Notes: a model not told the origin generated them from the sequence alone. DNA of 42,138 nt from Candidatus Omnitrophota bacterium (GCA_043822885.1 JBDRBI010000034.1:1-42138); one strand, 5' to 3'. Positions 18,359 to 29,599 are shown, numbered from the stretch's first letter. Numbers and translations are program-made.

Positions 18359-20169
18359 AAAAATTTTCTATAATTTTAGCTCTATCTTTTATCCTGATCG
18401 CGATCCTTTTTGTGTCAGCGTTCCTTTATGTGGATTTCAGCGGACACAAAGGATTTATCTTTGATGTATATGAATCGGAAAAGCCGGCAGGGACGGTTAA
18501 AATAGATAAATTTGTTACGGAAGACAAAATAATATACAAGTCTCACGCGGAATATCCCGCTTCTCTTGAATATCCGGTCATAGATGAAAAAATGTACTTA
18601 AAAAGAAAAACAATGACCCTCCAAAAATTCAGGGAAGAATCTAAGGACGTGAAAGGAAGAAAGAGATTAATATGGCTGTTTCAAAAAGGAGAGATCATAG
18701 ATTTTTTGTTTTTGGAGCATCCCCGGGTTTTTTCTTTTCAAGGGTTTGAAGTAGGGGATAAAACGGTAGTATATTCACCTTACAGCAGCATGTTATGTAT
18801 GTCGATCGTTGACAAATATAATTTTTGGAAAAAAGGATCACAATTTTTTGAGATCATGGTCCCCATTAGAGAGCCGGTACTTCCCATGAGGACCAAGGTG
18901 GAGATGAGGGACAGCCACGACACATACGTTTCTATAGGCGGACACAAGACAGAAGCGGAGGTTTTCGTACTTGCGGCGGCCGGAGTTCCCCAAGCAGAGA
19001 TAGTTTTGTCAAAATATTCACATGAGATATTGGAGATCGAATTAAAGGGCGGGAAAACAAAGATAATACTTACAAATTACCTGGAAAATCCGTACAAACG
19101 GATCAGATTTATTGTCGACAGAATGATCCGAATTCTTGAGGAAATGGCAAGAAATAGAAAACCTATCAGCGAAAAGCTTTTGTATGAAGACAATAAAGTA
19201 ACAGAAGGCAGGGGATCACTATTACCTTCGGCAGGAGTGGAATCTTCAATAGAAAAGAAGGACGTGTTTTTCGGGAACGAAGAGACAGCGCTTTCAGGAA
19301 AGATCTGGGCCCCTTCTAATGCGGGAAAATATCCGGGGGTGATCCTTGTCCCGGCAAATGCTCCTACCAAAAGAGGTGAAGAGAAGCTGATAAATGATAT
19401 GGGTAAAGAATTGGCAAGGGCCGGATTCGTTGTCCTAGCTTTTGATTTTTCCGCTAAAGGAACGGTGAGGACGACCTTATCCGGGATAAACGATGAAGCG
19501 GCCTTAAAAAGCATAACAGCGGCAGTTTCTTATTTCAAAGAACATTCCAAAGTCATGAAGAACAATATCAGCCTTATGGGATACAAGGGAGGGGGATATC
19601 TAGCTCTGAAAGAGTCTTCAGCTAATACATCAGTTTCCGGATGTGTACTTTTAGGAATACCGCCGGGAAATTCAAGAATAGATATTTGCGGATCGTCTAC
19701 AAAAGAGGATATGGATAAAATGCTGTTATTATACGATCTTGGTCCTTTTGAGAGCGTTTTTAGCGGAGTGGTCATAGGTATAGTTACTCAATATTGCAAC
19801 AGGATAATGTCATCTGGGGATGGATATTCCTTTTTCAAAGGCGCAAAACTTCCTACGGGGGAATATGGTGATTTTCTTAAAAGAAAACCCTATGAGGTCA
19901 TTTCAAACTATAATAAACCGCTTCTTTTCATATACGGCAGAGATGATAAGAGGTTTGACGATAAGGCGCGGGGGCTTATTGAAGAGTTAGGCAAGAAAAA
20001 AGAGAACAAAATTAAGATAGCGGAGATAAGAACCTCGGGCGAATACATGGGAGGAAAATCAGAAGAAAATGGAAGTGATGGGTTTTCTGTCGATAAGGAT
20101 ATATCCAGACTTATCATATCCTGGCTTAAAGAGAGGATCCCTCCGGATGAAACAGAAAAAGAAGGCTAA
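18355..20169 (+). CDS. Membrane-anchored protein with a degenerate alpha/beta-hydrolase domain
   Basis: LSGKIWAP...YPGVILV, LARAGFVVLAFD, elbow 'LMGYKGGG', KPLLFIYGRDD. Confidence 0.65.
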   Translation: MKKFSIILALSFILIAILFVSAFLYVDFSGHKGFIFDVYESEKPAGTVKIDKFVTEDKIIYKSHAEYPASLEYPVIDEKMYLKRKTMTLQKFREESKDVKGRKRLIWLFQKGEIIDFLFLEHPRVFSFQGFEVGDKTVVYSPYSSMLCMSIVDKYNFWKKGSQFFEIMVPIREPVLPMRTKVEMRDSHDTYVSIGGHKTEAEVFVLAAAGVPQAEIVLSKYSHEILEIELKGGKTKIILTNYLENPYKRIRFIVDRMIRILEEMARNRKPISEKLLYEDNKVTEGRGSLLPSAGVESSIEKKDVFFGNEETALSGKIWAPSNAGKYPGVILVPANAPTKRGEEKLINDMGKELARAGFVVLAFDFSAKGTVRTTLSGINDEAALKSITAAVSYFKEHSKVMKNNISLMGYKGGGYLALKESSANTSVSGCVLLGIPPGNSRIDICGSSTKEDMDKMLLLYDLGPFESVFSGVVIGIVTQYCNRIMSSGDGYSFFKGAKLPTGEYGDFLKRKPYEVISNYNKPLLFIYGRDDKRFDDKARGLIEELGKKKENKIKIAEIRTSGEYMGGKSEENGSDGFSVDKDISRLIISWLKERIPPDETEKEG

Positions 20170-20174
20170 AACAG

Positions 20175-20203
20175 TTTACAAAAGCAGGGGTATATGTTAA
20201 CAT
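20175..20203 (+). promoter_or_regulatory. rpsO promoter
   Basis: TTTACA-17 bp-TAACAT with an extended TG. Confidence 0.5.
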
Positions 20204-20277
20204 GGTAACCCGTTACAGCAAAAACAATAACGTATTACGATTATAATACATGTGTAGCGAAGAATGGAGGTGAGAAA

Positions 20278-20547
20278 ATGTCTACGATCAAAGAAAAAAA
20301 GAAAGAGATCATAAATGATTTCAAAAAACATGATTCAGATACGGGTTCGCCGGAAGTGCAAATAGCCCTTTTGAGTGAACGCATAGTTAGTTTAACTGAT
20401 CATTTTAAAAAGCACAAAAAGGATCATCACTCGAGACGGGGTCTTTTAATGCTTGTAAATAAGAGAAGAAAACTCCTAAGTTATCTGAAATCATCGGATG
20501 ACGATAAGTACAAGGAAGTTATTAGCAAACTAGGTTTGAGAAAGTAA
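20278..20547 (+). CDS. rpsO: 30S ribosomal protein S15
   Basis: [27 protein letters not shown]. Confidence 0.98.
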   Translation: MSTIKEKKKEIINDFKKHDSDTGSPEVQIALLSERIVSLTDHFKKHKKDHHSRRGLLMLVNKRRKLLSYLKSSDDDKYKEVISKLGLRK

Positions 20548-20588
20548 GCAAAAACAACATATAGGACAAAAAAAGGGTAGGGAAAATA

Positions 20589-22688
20589 ATGGAACAAGTA
20601 AGAGCTAAGTTGGGGAAAGAAGAAATAATAATAGAAACAGGAAAAATAGCGAAGCAAGCTAGTGGATCTGTGACGGTTCAATGCGGAGGGACTATGGTGC
20701 TGGTCACCTGTGTATGCTCGCGAGAAGCCAGAGAAAATATGGGATTTTTCCCTTTGACAGTAGAATATCAGGAGAAGACATTCGCGTCAGGAAGAATACC
20801 CGGAGGGTTTTTCAAGAGAGAAGGCAGACCTACGGAGAAAGAAATACTTACTTCCCGCATGATAGATCGTCCCATCAGACCGCTTTTTCCTGAAGGGATG
20901 TTAAATGAGGTTCAGGTTATAGCGACCGTACTTTCTTCTGACGGGAAAAATGATTCCGATGTTCTTGCCATGATAGGCGCTTCGACCGCTCTTACTATAT
21001 CGGATATTCCTTTCAACGGTCCCATAGGCGGGGTCCGAGTGTGCCGGGTGAACGGTGAGTTTATCGTAAATCCTACCTTTTCTGAAGTGGAAGAAAGTGA
21101 TGTTGAGGTTATTGCGGTAGCAAATGAAGAAAGCGTTATTATGCTTGAAGTCGGCGCTAATAAGGTGAAAGAAGAAATTGTGATAGAAGCGATAAAGACG
21201 GCGCACGAAGCCCTTAAACCGCTAATAAAGATCCAAGAAGTTTTTCGGAAAAAGGTCGGCAAAGAGAAAAGAGAAGACATAACTTTCGCCCAGACCGATG
21301 AAAGTGTGTACAAAACGGTCAAGGAAAAAGGCGCGAAAGAACTTAAAAAGAGATTAATGATCCGGGACAAAAAAGAAAGATCCGAAAGTCTTAAAGATCT
21401 GAAAGAACAGCTCCTAAATGAAATAGACCCTTCCGATGAAGGGAAAATAGGAAAAGAGATATCAGATGCTTTCGAAAAAATAGAAAAAGAAATAGTCCGG
21501 GATATGATCATAGATGAGAATAAACGCATCGATGGGAGAAAACCCGACGAGATAAGAGAATTGTCTTCCGAGATAAATATTCTTCCTTGCGCGCATGGAA
21601 GCGGACTTTTTACACGCGGACAGACACAAGCGCTTGTTGTTACTACTCTAGGGAGCAGTGCCGATGAGCAGAGAATAGAGACACTTAAGGGCCCGGGAGT
21701 AAAATCGTTCATGCTTCATTACAATTTTCCGCCTTTTAGTGTCGGCGAGACACGTCCCATGAGAGGACCCGGGAGAAGAGAGATCGGGCACGGTGCTTTG
21801 GCGGAAAAAGCCCTTAGGGCGGTGTTGCCTGAAAAAGAAAGTTTTCCATACACGATACGTGTTGTGTCCGAGATACTTGAATCTAACGGATCAAGTTCTA
21901 TGGCAACAGTATGCGCGGGTTCATTGTCTCTTATGGGAAGCGGAGTGCCGATAACAGCCGCTGTAAGCGGGATAGCAATGGGACTTATAACTAGGGGAGA
22001 CAAGTACGCGATACTTACGGATATCGCGGGTACGGAAGATCATTGCGGAGATATGGATTTCAAAGTAGCAGGTACCAAGGACGGAGTGACCGCGGTACAG
22101 ATGGATCTCAAGATAAAAGGCATAAGCCATAAGATGCTCGAGGAAGCGTTTGAAAGGGCTAAAAAAGCCAGACTGGAAATATTGGAGCATATGAACAAAA
22201 CAATTGCAGAGCCGTTAAGCGAAGTAGCTCCTAACGCTCCCCGCATCGTGACAGTGATGATAAAACCCGATAAGATCGGCGCGGTTATAGGTCCCGGAGG
22301 GAAAATGATACGCAAGATAATAGCCGAGACCGGGGCAGACATAAACATCGAAGATGACGGTTCTTGCCAGATAGCTTCCTCGGATAAAGAATCTTTGGAG
22401 AAGGCCGTAGAATGGGTAAAAAGCATAACAGAGGAACCCGAAGTCGGCAAAGTTTATAACGGACGTATAACCAAGATCATGAACTTCGGAGCATTCTGCG
22501 AATATTTACCCGGACAGGAAGGACTTATTCACGTATCCGAACTTTCGGATGGATTTGTAAAAAACGCGGCTGATGTCGTTAAAGAAGGACAAGAGACTAA
22601 GGTTAAACTTATCGGCATAGACGATCAAGGCCGGGTTAAACTTAGTATTAAAAAAGTTGAAGACGGTAAAGATAAAAATAAAGCGTAA
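20589..22688 (+). CDS. pnp: Polyribonucleotide nucleotidyltransferase
   Basis: [39 protein letters not shown] and S1 domains. Confidence 0.98.
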   Translation: MEQVRAKLGKEEIIIETGKIAKQASGSVTVQCGGTMVLVTCVCSREARENMGFFPLTVEYQEKTFASGRIPGGFFKREGRPTEKEILTSRMIDRPIRPLFPEGMLNEVQVIATVLSSDGKNDSDVLAMIGASTALTISDIPFNGPIGGVRVCRVNGEFIVNPTFSEVEESDVEVIAVANEESVIMLEVGANKVKEEIVIEAIKTAHEALKPLIKIQEVFRKKVGKEKREDITFAQTDESVYKTVKEKGAKELKKRLMIRDKKERSESLKDLKEQLLNEIDPSDEGKIGKEISDAFEKIEKEIVRDMIIDENKRIDGRKPDEIRELSSEINILPCAHGSGLFTRGQTQALVVTTLGSSADEQRIETLKGPGVKSFMLHYNFPPFSVGETRPMRGPGRREIGHGALAEKALRAVLPEKESFPYTIRVVSEILESNGSSSMATVCAGSLSLMGSGVPITAAVSGIAMGLITRGDKYAILTDIAGTEDHCGDMDFKVAGTKDGVTAVQMDLKIKGISHKMLEEAFERAKKARLEILEHMNKTIAEPLSEVAPNAPRIVTVMIKPDKIGAVIGPGGKMIRKIIAETGADINIEDDGSCQIASSDKESLEKAVEWVKSITEEPEVGKVYNGRITKIMNFGAFCEYLPGQEGLIHVSELSDGFVKNAADVVKEGQETKVKLIGIDDQGRVKLSIKKVEDGKDKNKA

Positions 22689-23106
22689 AGAAGACGCAAA
22701 AGATCTGCCTATCCCGGATTATGCTACCGGCGGCTCAAGCGGAGTGGACTTGTACGCGGCGGTAGACGAGAAAGTTATGATCTCTCCGGGAGAGATAAAG
22801 CTTATATCCTGCGGTATATACATCGAGATCCCCAAGGGGTATGAAGCCGAGATAAGGCCCAGAAGCGGATTGGCCTTAAAGCACGGCATAAGTCTAGTCA
22901 ATGCTCCCGGGACTATTGACAGCGATTACAGAGGATTGATCAATCTGATAATTATTAATCTGGGAAAACATAATTTCTCGGTTGAGCGAGGACATAGATT
23001 AGCGCAAATGGTCATACGAGAGGTCACTCGCGCGGAATTCGTGGAAACAGAAACTCTCGGAGAGACTGAAAGAGCGCACGGCGGATTCGGGCATACCGGC
23101 GCATAA
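22657..23106 (+). CDS. dut: dUTP diphosphatase
   Basis: [27 protein letters not shown]; overlaps the pnp end by 32 bp. Confidence 0.95.
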   Translation: MKTVKIKIKRKEDAKDLPIPDYATGGSSGVDLYAAVDEKVMISPGEIKLISCGIYIEIPKGYEAEIRPRSGLALKHGISLVNAPGTIDSDYRGLINLIIINLGKHNFSVERGHRLAQMVIREVTRAEFVETETLGETERAHGGFGHTGA

Positions 23107-23124
23107 ACGGATCTTAATAACACT

Positions 23125-23895
23125 ATGACACTGATCGAAGCTTTGATATCCGGACTTGCTCAGGGAGTCACGGAATTTCTTCCGGTTTCCAGTTCCGCCC
23201 ATCTAGTTTTAATCCATAATTTTTTTGGACTTAAAGAGAACAATATTTTTTTTGATATATGTCTACACGCAGCGACATTGGGAGCGGTAGTAGTATTTTT
23301 TAGGGAAGATCTAAGAAATATACTGAGGAATAAGAATTATAAGATAGTGCTTTATCTTTTTCTGGGAACCATTCCCGCGGTTTTGATGGCATTGTTCTTT
23401 GAAGAAAAGATATCTTCATTTTTTATGTTCCCGCGAAAAGTGGGACTTATGATGATGGTAACGGCTCTTATGCTTTTTTTTGGGCAAAGGGCGATGATGC
23501 AAAAAAAAAAGTATAAGAAAATAGGGACTCGGAACGCGCTTATTGTCGGACTGGCTCAGGCAATTGCTCTATTTCCGGGAATTTCCCGCAGTGGGGCGAC
23601 AATATCCACGGCTATCGCGGTCGGAATAGAAAAAGAAGAGGCCTTTAGATTTTCTTTTCTTTTGTCAATACCGGCTGTTCTTGGAGCGGTTGTGTACAAG
23701 ATCGTTGGTGCAGCGGATATAGGGGGGATTGAAGCGATCGTATCGGTGAATTATCTTGCGGGGATCATAACAGCTTTTGCTGTGGCTCTGGCAAGTTTGC
23801 ATGTTCTAGAACTGGTGATACGAGCGAAAAGACTGTATATATTCGGGATATATTGTTTTGTACTGGGGACCACAGTTCTTTTATTTGTGAGATAA
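23125..23895 (+). CDS. uppP: Undecaprenyl-diphosphate phosphatase
   Basis: QGVTEFLPVSSSAH, PGISRSG, FSFLLSIP. Confidence 0.95.
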   Translation: MTLIEALISGLAQGVTEFLPVSSSAHLVLIHNFFGLKENNIFFDICLHAATLGAVVVFFREDLRNILRNKNYKIVLYLFLGTIPAVLMALFFEEKISSFFMFPRKVGLMMMVTALMLFFGQRAMMQKKKYKKIGTRNALIVGLAQAIALFPGISRSGATISTAIAVGIEKEEAFRFSFLLSIPAVLGAVVYKIVGAADIGGIEAIVSVNYLAGIITAFAVALASLHVLELVIRAKRLYIFGIYCFVLGTTVLLFVR

Positions 23896-23896
23896 T

Positions 23897-26170
23897 ATGG
23901 ATCAAACAAGAAAAAACGAAATAATAGCGGTTATTCTTTTTACGGGAAGTCTCTTTTTGTTCTTGAGCCTTTTTACTTTCAGTGAATCCGATCTCGCTTT
24001 CTATACTTCCAGTTCTAATCATGATCTCCATAATGTTACCGGGGTTGTCGGGGTCTATATCGGAGGCATATTGCGTTTTCTGATAGGACGCGCGGCCTAT
24101 GTTGTACCCATGCTTATCTTTGTCTGGGGTGTGTCTAAACTTATTCAATCTGAAGAAAGAAAACTATATTTTAAATTTTTTGGCGCGTTAGTGCTATGCG
24201 CGGCGGTAAGCGCGAGTTTGAGTATGATGGCAGACGCAAGTCCTAAACTGTCCTTTGCCGGAGGGGGTCTTATGGGGGCAGTTGTATCGGGGTTTTTGCT
24301 GGAATATCTAGGGCGTTTAGGAGCGGTAGTGTTTATTGCGGCCATGATAATACTTTCGGTTCTTGTTGCTACAGAATTTCTCATATTGCCGCTGTGTTCC
24401 GTGATTTTCGCATCGATCCGAGGCGCGTTCGAACGCATAAGATCGTTCGTCTCCCAAAATATATTTACCGAAAGGGAAGAGAGTAGAACCGCCCGAGTAG
24501 GTCTAGGAGAGACAAAGAAAGATATCGCCAAAAAGATCGAAAAGATAAAAAAACAGGTCGAAGCGGTGCGTAATACATCATTTGCCTCAAGGGTCGGTCC
24601 GGCACAAAAAAAAGAGATTTTTTCTGAGAGTACGAACGGACCCAAGATCGTTGTTCCTGAAAGATCAAAAAGATCGGCAGATAGGTATTCCTCTCGCAAT
24701 GCCTCAACTTCAGTTTTTCCCGACGGAGAAGGGTCGGAGAAAAACTACCGACTCCCGAATCTGGATCTTTTAACAAAGCCTTCATCAGTAGATTCCAAAG
24801 AAAAAGAGGAGTTATTACGTCAAAAGGCTACTATGCTTGAGAACACCCTTATGGAATTTGGGGTGGAGGCGTCAGTGGTAAAAATAAACCGCGGACCCGT
24901 TATAACTATGTATGAGCTGGAACCCGCGGTAGGCACAAAAGTGAACAAGATAACTTCACTAAGTGATAATATCTCTCTTTCTATGAAATCCGCTAATATA
25001 CGCATAGTTGCTCCTCTTCCGGGGAGAGGAACTATAGGGGTAGAGATACCTAATACGAAAATCGAAAAAGTGCTTTTGAGAGATATTCTGGAAACGGCGG
25101 AATATGAGGAAGAAAAATCTCCTTTAAAGCTGGCTTTAGGAAAGGATATTTCCGGGAAGACCATAGTTACGGACTTAGCAAAAATGCCGCATCTTCTTAT
25201 AGCCGGCGCTACGGGATCGGGAAAAACAGTATGCATAAACGCGGTAATAAGCAGTATATTGTTCAATGCTTCTCCCGATGAAGTAAGGTTCCTTATGATA
25301 GATCCTAAAAGGGTGGAACTTATGATGTTCGAAGGAATACCGCATCTGGTATCTCCCATAGTTACTAATCCGAAAAAAGCGGCGGTAGCTCTGAATTGGG
25401 TGGTCGGAGAGATGGAAAGACGATACCTTGTATTTGCCGAAAAGGGTGTAAGGAATATCGGGCTCTATAAAGAGAAAATGAAAGAAGGGGAGGAGAACCT
25501 TCCGTACATAATCGTCATAGTAGATGAACTGGCAGATCTAATGACGGTAGGGCAGCAGGATGTCGAGACGGCGATCATGAGAATAGCCCAGCTTTCCAGG
25601 GCCGCCGGTATTCATATGATACTTGCTACACAAAGACCTTCGGTAAATGTTATTACGGGCGTTATTAAGGCCAACTTTCCGGCCCGAATATCTTTTAAGG
25701 TAACTTCAAAAGTAGATTCCAGGACTGTTCTGGATGCTAACGGAGCCGAGAAGCTTTTGGGGCGAGGCGATATGCTTTTGATGGAACCGGGAAATTCTTC
25801 TCTTGTACGCGGACAATGCAGCCTGGTAGAGGATAACGAGATAAAGAATATCGTAAAATTCATAAAAGAACAATCAGGACCGCAATATCTTACGGATATT
25901 ACGGAAAAACAGGAAAATAAAACTTCAGGTGTAGAACAGGAAAAAGACGACCTGTATAGACAAGCCGTTGATATAGTAATAGGGACCCAGCAGGCTTCTG
26001 TTTCGATGGTCCAGAGGAAGCTCAGGGTGGGATATACCCGTGCGGCAAGAATGATAGACATGATGGAGGAAGAAGGTCTGGTGGGCCCTTATAACGGATC
26101 TAAACCGAGAGATATCCTTGTTGAGGGATCCGGATATAGCGAAGAAACAAAGGAAGAAGAAGCAGAATGA
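23897..26170 (+). CDS. ftsK: DNA translocase FtsK
   Basis: N-terminal TMs, PHLLIAGATGSGKT, DELADLM, ATQRPS, gamma domain QRKLRVGYTRAAR. Confidence 0.96.
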   Translation: MDQTRKNEIIAVILFTGSLFLFLSLFTFSESDLAFYTSSSNHDLHNVTGVVGVYIGGILRFLIGRAAYVVPMLIFVWGVSKLIQSEERKLYFKFFGALVLCAAVSASLSMMADASPKLSFAGGGLMGAVVSGFLLEYLGRLGAVVFIAAMIILSVLVATEFLILPLCSVIFASIRGAFERIRSFVSQNIFTEREESRTARVGLGETKKDIAKKIEKIKKQVEAVRNTSFASRVGPAQKKEIFSESTNGPKIVVPERSKRSADRYSSRNASTSVFPDGEGSEKNYRLPNLDLLTKPSSVDSKEKEELLRQKATMLENTLMEFGVEASVVKINRGPVITMYELEPAVGTKVNKITSLSDNISLSMKSANIRIVAPLPGRGTIGVEIPNTKIEKVLLRDILETAEYEEEKSPLKLALGKDISGKTIVTDLAKMPHLLIAGATGSGKTVCINAVISSILFNASPDEVRFLMIDPKRVELMMFEGIPHLVSPIVTNPKKAAVALNWVVGEMERRYLVFAEKGVRNIGLYKEKMKEGEENLPYIIVIVDELADLMTVGQQDVETAIMRIAQLSRAAGIHMILATQRPSVNVITGVIKANFPARISFKVTSKVDSRTVLDANGAEKLLGRGDMLLMEPGNSSLVRGQCSLVEDNEIKNIVKFIKEQSGPQYLTDITEKQENKTSGVEQEKDDLYRQAVDIVIGTQQASVSMVQRKLRVGYTRAARMIDMMEEEGLVGPYNGSKPRDILVEGSGYSEETKEEEAE

Positions 26171-27042
26171 GCACTCCAAAAGAAATAGGAAAGCTTTTTT
26201 GTGAAGCCCGGGAAAAAGAGGGCATGACTTTAGCGGAAGCCGGAACAAAGAGCCGTATTCATCTTAGGGTCATCAAAGATATTGAAACGGGGATATTCGA
26301 TAGGATAGGCAGGCCGTATCTCAAAAGCTTCATGAAAAAATATGCCGATTTTCTCGGCATGGATGTCGAAGAGATATTAAGAAGATATGAGATGGCTTCT
26401 TCGAATGTGCCGGCAAAAGAATTTACTTTGAACGTAGAAGAAAAGGAAAAAAAAGAAGAAGAGATATTTTTCTATGTGAAAAAAAATATCAAAAAAAATG
26501 CCGGGCTGGTGCTCTTTGCGGGACTGATGATACTGATATTTATTCTGATGGGCTTATCCAGAGGGGGGAGAGAAGAGGCGAAAGTCAAAAGTCAAAAGTC
26601 TAAAGTCAAAAGTCTAAAGTCTGATAGGGCTGAAGACAAGAAAAATAATCCGAAAGACAAAAGCAAAAAGCAAGAAGCAGAAGGCCAAGAGACAAAGGCT
26701 AAAAGTGAAGCGCAAATAGAAAAAATAAAAGAGAAAGGAACAGAAGAAAAAATAGCAACATCTAAAGCGGCTCTTACTTTGACCTTGGCGGCCCGTGATA
26801 AAGCATGGATACATGTTACGGAGGGAGAAAAACTTCTGTTTTCCGGGATACTTGAAAAGGGAACTTCCAAGACATGGGAGTCAGAGGGACGCATAGATGT
26901 ATGGACGGGAAAAGCCGAGATGCTCGATTTTACGGTTAATGATAAGGATATGGGAAAAATAGCTTCCGGTGTTGTTAAAAACATCAAAGTCTCCCCTGAA
27001 GGTGTAAAGGTCGGAAAAACATGGGCCGCCCGCATTGACTAA
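26167..27042 (+). CDS. rodZ: RodZ-like cytoskeleton protein (HTH-TM-DUF4115)
   Basis: N-terminal HTH, YADFLG, single TM, C-terminal beta domain; ftsK-rodZ-rimO-pgsA context. Confidence 0.8.
   Translation: MSTPKEIGKLFCEAREKEGMTLAEAGTKSRIHLRVIKDIETGIFDRIGRPYLKSFMKKYADFLGMDVEEILRRYEMASSNVPAKEFTLNVEEKEKKEEEIFFYVKKNIKKNAGLVLFAGLMILIFILMGLSRGGREEAKVKSQKSKVKSLKSDRAEDKKNNPKDKSKKQEAEGQETKAKSEAQIEKIKEKGTEEKIATSKAALTLTLAARDKAWIHVTEGEKLLFSGILEKGTSKTWESEGRIDVWTGKAEMLDFTVNDKDMGKIASGVVKNIKVSPEGVKVGKTWAARID
26581..26622 (+). repeat. 6 x AAAGTC(A/T) heptamer in frame within rodZ
   Basis: aaagtca aaagtca aaagtct aaagtca aaagtct aaagtct, encoding KVKSQKSKVKSLKS. Confidence 0.9.
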
Positions 27043-28384
27043 ACCATATCGCATGAAGAACATTTACCTGATAAGCTTAGGATGTCCTCGTAATCTGTTA
27101 GACAGCGAGGTCCTGATAGGTCTCCTTAAAAAAAGCGGATTTAATTTAGTGGAAACCGCCGAAGAAGCCGACGCGGCAATTGTGAATACCTGCGGTTTTA
27201 TAGAAGAGGCAAAAAAGGAATCCATAGACATCATTCTTCGTCTTGCGGAACTTAAGAGAACGGGTCAAATAAAAAGACTTGTAGTTTCGGGATGTTTAAG
27301 TCAACGTTATCCCGGAGACCTTACCAATGAGATAAGGGAGATAGACGGCATATTCGGTTCTTCAGATTTCGTAAAAATTCCGGAACTTATGAAGAAATTA
27401 ACGGGTGAAGGACAAACGAAAGAAGTTTCCGAAAAGCCCGGATTTTTGTATGATCACACTCACGATAGAACGCTTTTGACCCTTTCTCACTATGCCTATG
27501 TAAAAATACAAGAGGGATGTTCCAATAGATGCACATATTGTGTTATCCCCGATATCAGGGGGCCGCGGCGAAGCAGAAAGATCGGATCGGTCATGAAAGA
27601 GATAGAAATACTTAACAAAAAGTATGACATCAAAGAGGCGGTGATAATCGGACAGGATATAACCTCTTTTGGCCTGGATAGATTTGAGGAAAATGAATTG
27701 GCTCTTCTCCTTGAAAAGATCAGCCCTATGATGAAAGATAAATGGATACGTCTTTTGTACACACATCCCGAAAAATTCACGGATGAATTGATAGAAAAGA
27801 TAGCCCACACAGAAAATATCTGCAAATACATAGATCTTCCTATACAGCATATCAATAACAGGATATTGAACAAAATGAACAGGAAAGTGTCAAAAGATGA
27901 GATAAAAGCCCTGATAAAAAAATTGCGCTCAGAAATAAAAGATATTACACTTCGTACTTCCATTATTGTGGGGTTTCCCGGGGAGACAGAAGAGGAATTT
28001 GATGAATTAATGGATTTTCTTAAGGAGACAAGATTTGACCGTTTAGGAGCTTTTATATACTCCAGAGAAGAAGGAACTCCCGCATATGATTTTGAAGGAC
28101 AGGTCCCGGTAGAAATAAAAGAAAAAAGATTTGATAGGGTTATGCGGCTCCAGCAGGAGATATCGTCGGAAAATAATTTCAATATGATCGGTAAGACGGT
28201 AAAGGTCTTGATAGATGAAAAGTCGGAGGAAGAAGAGGATCGGTTCATAGGGAGATCTCAGATGGACGCTCCTGAAGTGGACGGATCGGTTTTTGTAAAA
28301 GGAAAAGATCTTAAGGTGGGGTCTTTTGTTCAGGTCAGGATAACGGGCGCGATGGAATATGATCTTGTAGGAGAAATAATATGA
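27035..28384 (+). CDS. rimO: Ribosomal protein S12 methylthiotransferase
   Basis: SLGCPRN..DSE, NTCGFI, CSNRCTYC, APEVDG, TRAM domain; start may be ATG 27053. Confidence 0.93.
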   Translation: MTKPYRMKNIYLISLGCPRNLLDSEVLIGLLKKSGFNLVETAEEADAAIVNTCGFIEEAKKESIDIILRLAELKRTGQIKRLVVSGCLSQRYPGDLTNEIREIDGIFGSSDFVKIPELMKKLTGEGQTKEVSEKPGFLYDHTHDRTLLTLSHYAYVKIQEGCSNRCTYCVIPDIRGPRRSRKIGSVMKEIEILNKKYDIKEAVIIGQDITSFGLDRFEENELALLLEKISPMMKDKWIRLLYTHPEKFTDELIEKIAHTENICKYIDLPIQHINNRILNKMNRKVSKDEIKALIKKLRSEIKDITLRTSIIVGFPGETEEEFDELMDFLKETRFDRLGAFIYSREEGTPAYDFEGQVPVEIKEKRFDRVMRLQQEISSENNFNMIGKTVKVLIDEKSEEEEDRFIGRSQMDAPEVDGSVFVKGKDLKVGSFVQVRITGAMEYDLVGEII

Positions 28385-28971
28385 ACTTGCCGAATAAGAT
28401 AACGGTAGTAAGAATACTTTTGACATTTATTTTTATGGTATTTTTATTTTTTCCGGGTATCGCGGCTAAATTTACCGCGCTGGTGATATTTATTGTTGCC
28501 GCTTTTAGTGATTATCTGGACGGGTTCATAGCAAAAAAATACAATATCACATCGGATTTCGGGAAAATAATGGATCCTGTGGCGGACAAGATCCTTACGA
28601 TAGCCGCGTTCTTAGCATTTGTCGAGATGAAATTGATCCCGGCATGGATGGTGGTCATCATACTTCTAAGGGAGCTCGTGATAACCGCGATACGTATCGT
28701 GGCCCTTAAAAATAACGATGTTCTTTCCGCGGGAATGGGAGGGAAACATAAGACCGTGTCTCAGATGCTTTCTATACTCGTTATCCTTGTTTTTATCGTA
28801 ATAAGAGAAGCAGGGGTAAAGACCTTCGGTTTTTGGAACGCTTCTTTTGAGTATTGGTACAGACAGCTTATTTTTATCATGATGATCATAACGACTCTTT
28901 TGACCATAATAAGCGGAGTATCGTATCTAGTTGGAAATAAAAAGTATCTATTGAATGGGGGAGGCCGATAG
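28381..28971 (+). CDS. pgsA: CDP-diacylglycerol--glycerol-3-phosphate 3-phosphatidyltransferase
   Basis: NLPNKIT, DYLDG.IAK...FGKIMDPVADK. Confidence 0.93.
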   Translation: MNLPNKITVVRILLTFIFMVFLFFPGIAAKFTALVIFIVAAFSDYLDGFIAKKYNITSDFGKIMDPVADKILTIAAFLAFVEMKLIPAWMVVIILLRELVITAIRIVALKNNDVLSAGMGGKHKTVSQMLSILVILVFIVIREAGVKTFGFWNASFEYWYRQLIFIMMIITTLLTIISGVSYLVGNKKYLLNGGGR

Positions 28972-29122
28972 CTAGGTCACCTAGTCACCGGTTGATAGAA
29001 GGTAGAGGATAGAAGGTAGAAAAAGTCACCTGGTCACCAGTTGGATAAAAAAATGAAGGTAGAGGCGAGAGCGAAGGTGTGATAAAAGTATCTACCTTCT
29101 ACCTTCTATCTTCTAACTTCTC
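28972..29122. repeat. GTCACC and TAGAAGG/CTTCTAC heptamer cluster
   Basis: 29037-29074 resembles the reverse complement of 9753-9791. Confidence 0.75.
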
Positions 29123-29146
29123 GACAGTGCTTTAAGAGACAATACT

Positions 29147-29599
29147 ATGCGCAATAAAATTTACAGACTGATCGCTACAGTTTTCGGTATCGGGTATTCT
29201 CCGGTCGCTCCCGGAACTATGGGGAGCTTAGCGGGACTCGGACTATGTTTGCTATTGCATAAATATACAGCTTTATACATTTTGGTCTTTCTTGCTTTAT
29301 TCGCGAGCGGGGTAATAGTATCAAAAAGAATAGAAAAAGAAGCAGGGGAAAAAGATCCGTCCTTCATAGTTATAGACGAATTTGCCTGTATTCTTATAGC
29401 GTTTCTTTTTGTTCCGATCAGACCGATGATCCTGATAACAGGTTTTGCGATATACCGCTTTATTGACATATCAAAAATATTTCCTCTCAAAAGATTGGAA
29501 CGCCTCTCCGGAGGCTGGGCGGTAATGCTGGATGATCTGGCGGCAGGCATATACACTAACCTCGCGCTGCAAGTTCTTATCTCGCTTAGGGTATTGTAG
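29147..29599 (+). CDS. pgpA: Phosphatidylglycerophosphatase A
   Basis: APGTMGS, DPSFIVIDE, RFIDISK, GG..VMLDDLAAG. Confidence 0.92.
   Translation: MRNKIYRLIATVFGIGYSPVAPGTMGSLAGLGLCLLLHKYTALYILVFLALFASGVIVSKRIEKEAGEKDPSFIVIDEFACILIAFLFVPIRPMILITGFAIYRFIDISKIFPLKRLERLSGGWAVMLDDLAAGIYTNLALQVLISLRVL

Noticed and set aside
20204-20277. S15 autoregulatory leader
   Set aside because: Only short weak hairpins are visible; it cannot be supported without a covariance search
20912-28248. Long antisense ORFs (e.g. 266 aa opposite pnp, 250 aa opposite rimO)
   Set aside because: Shadow frames of conserved genes
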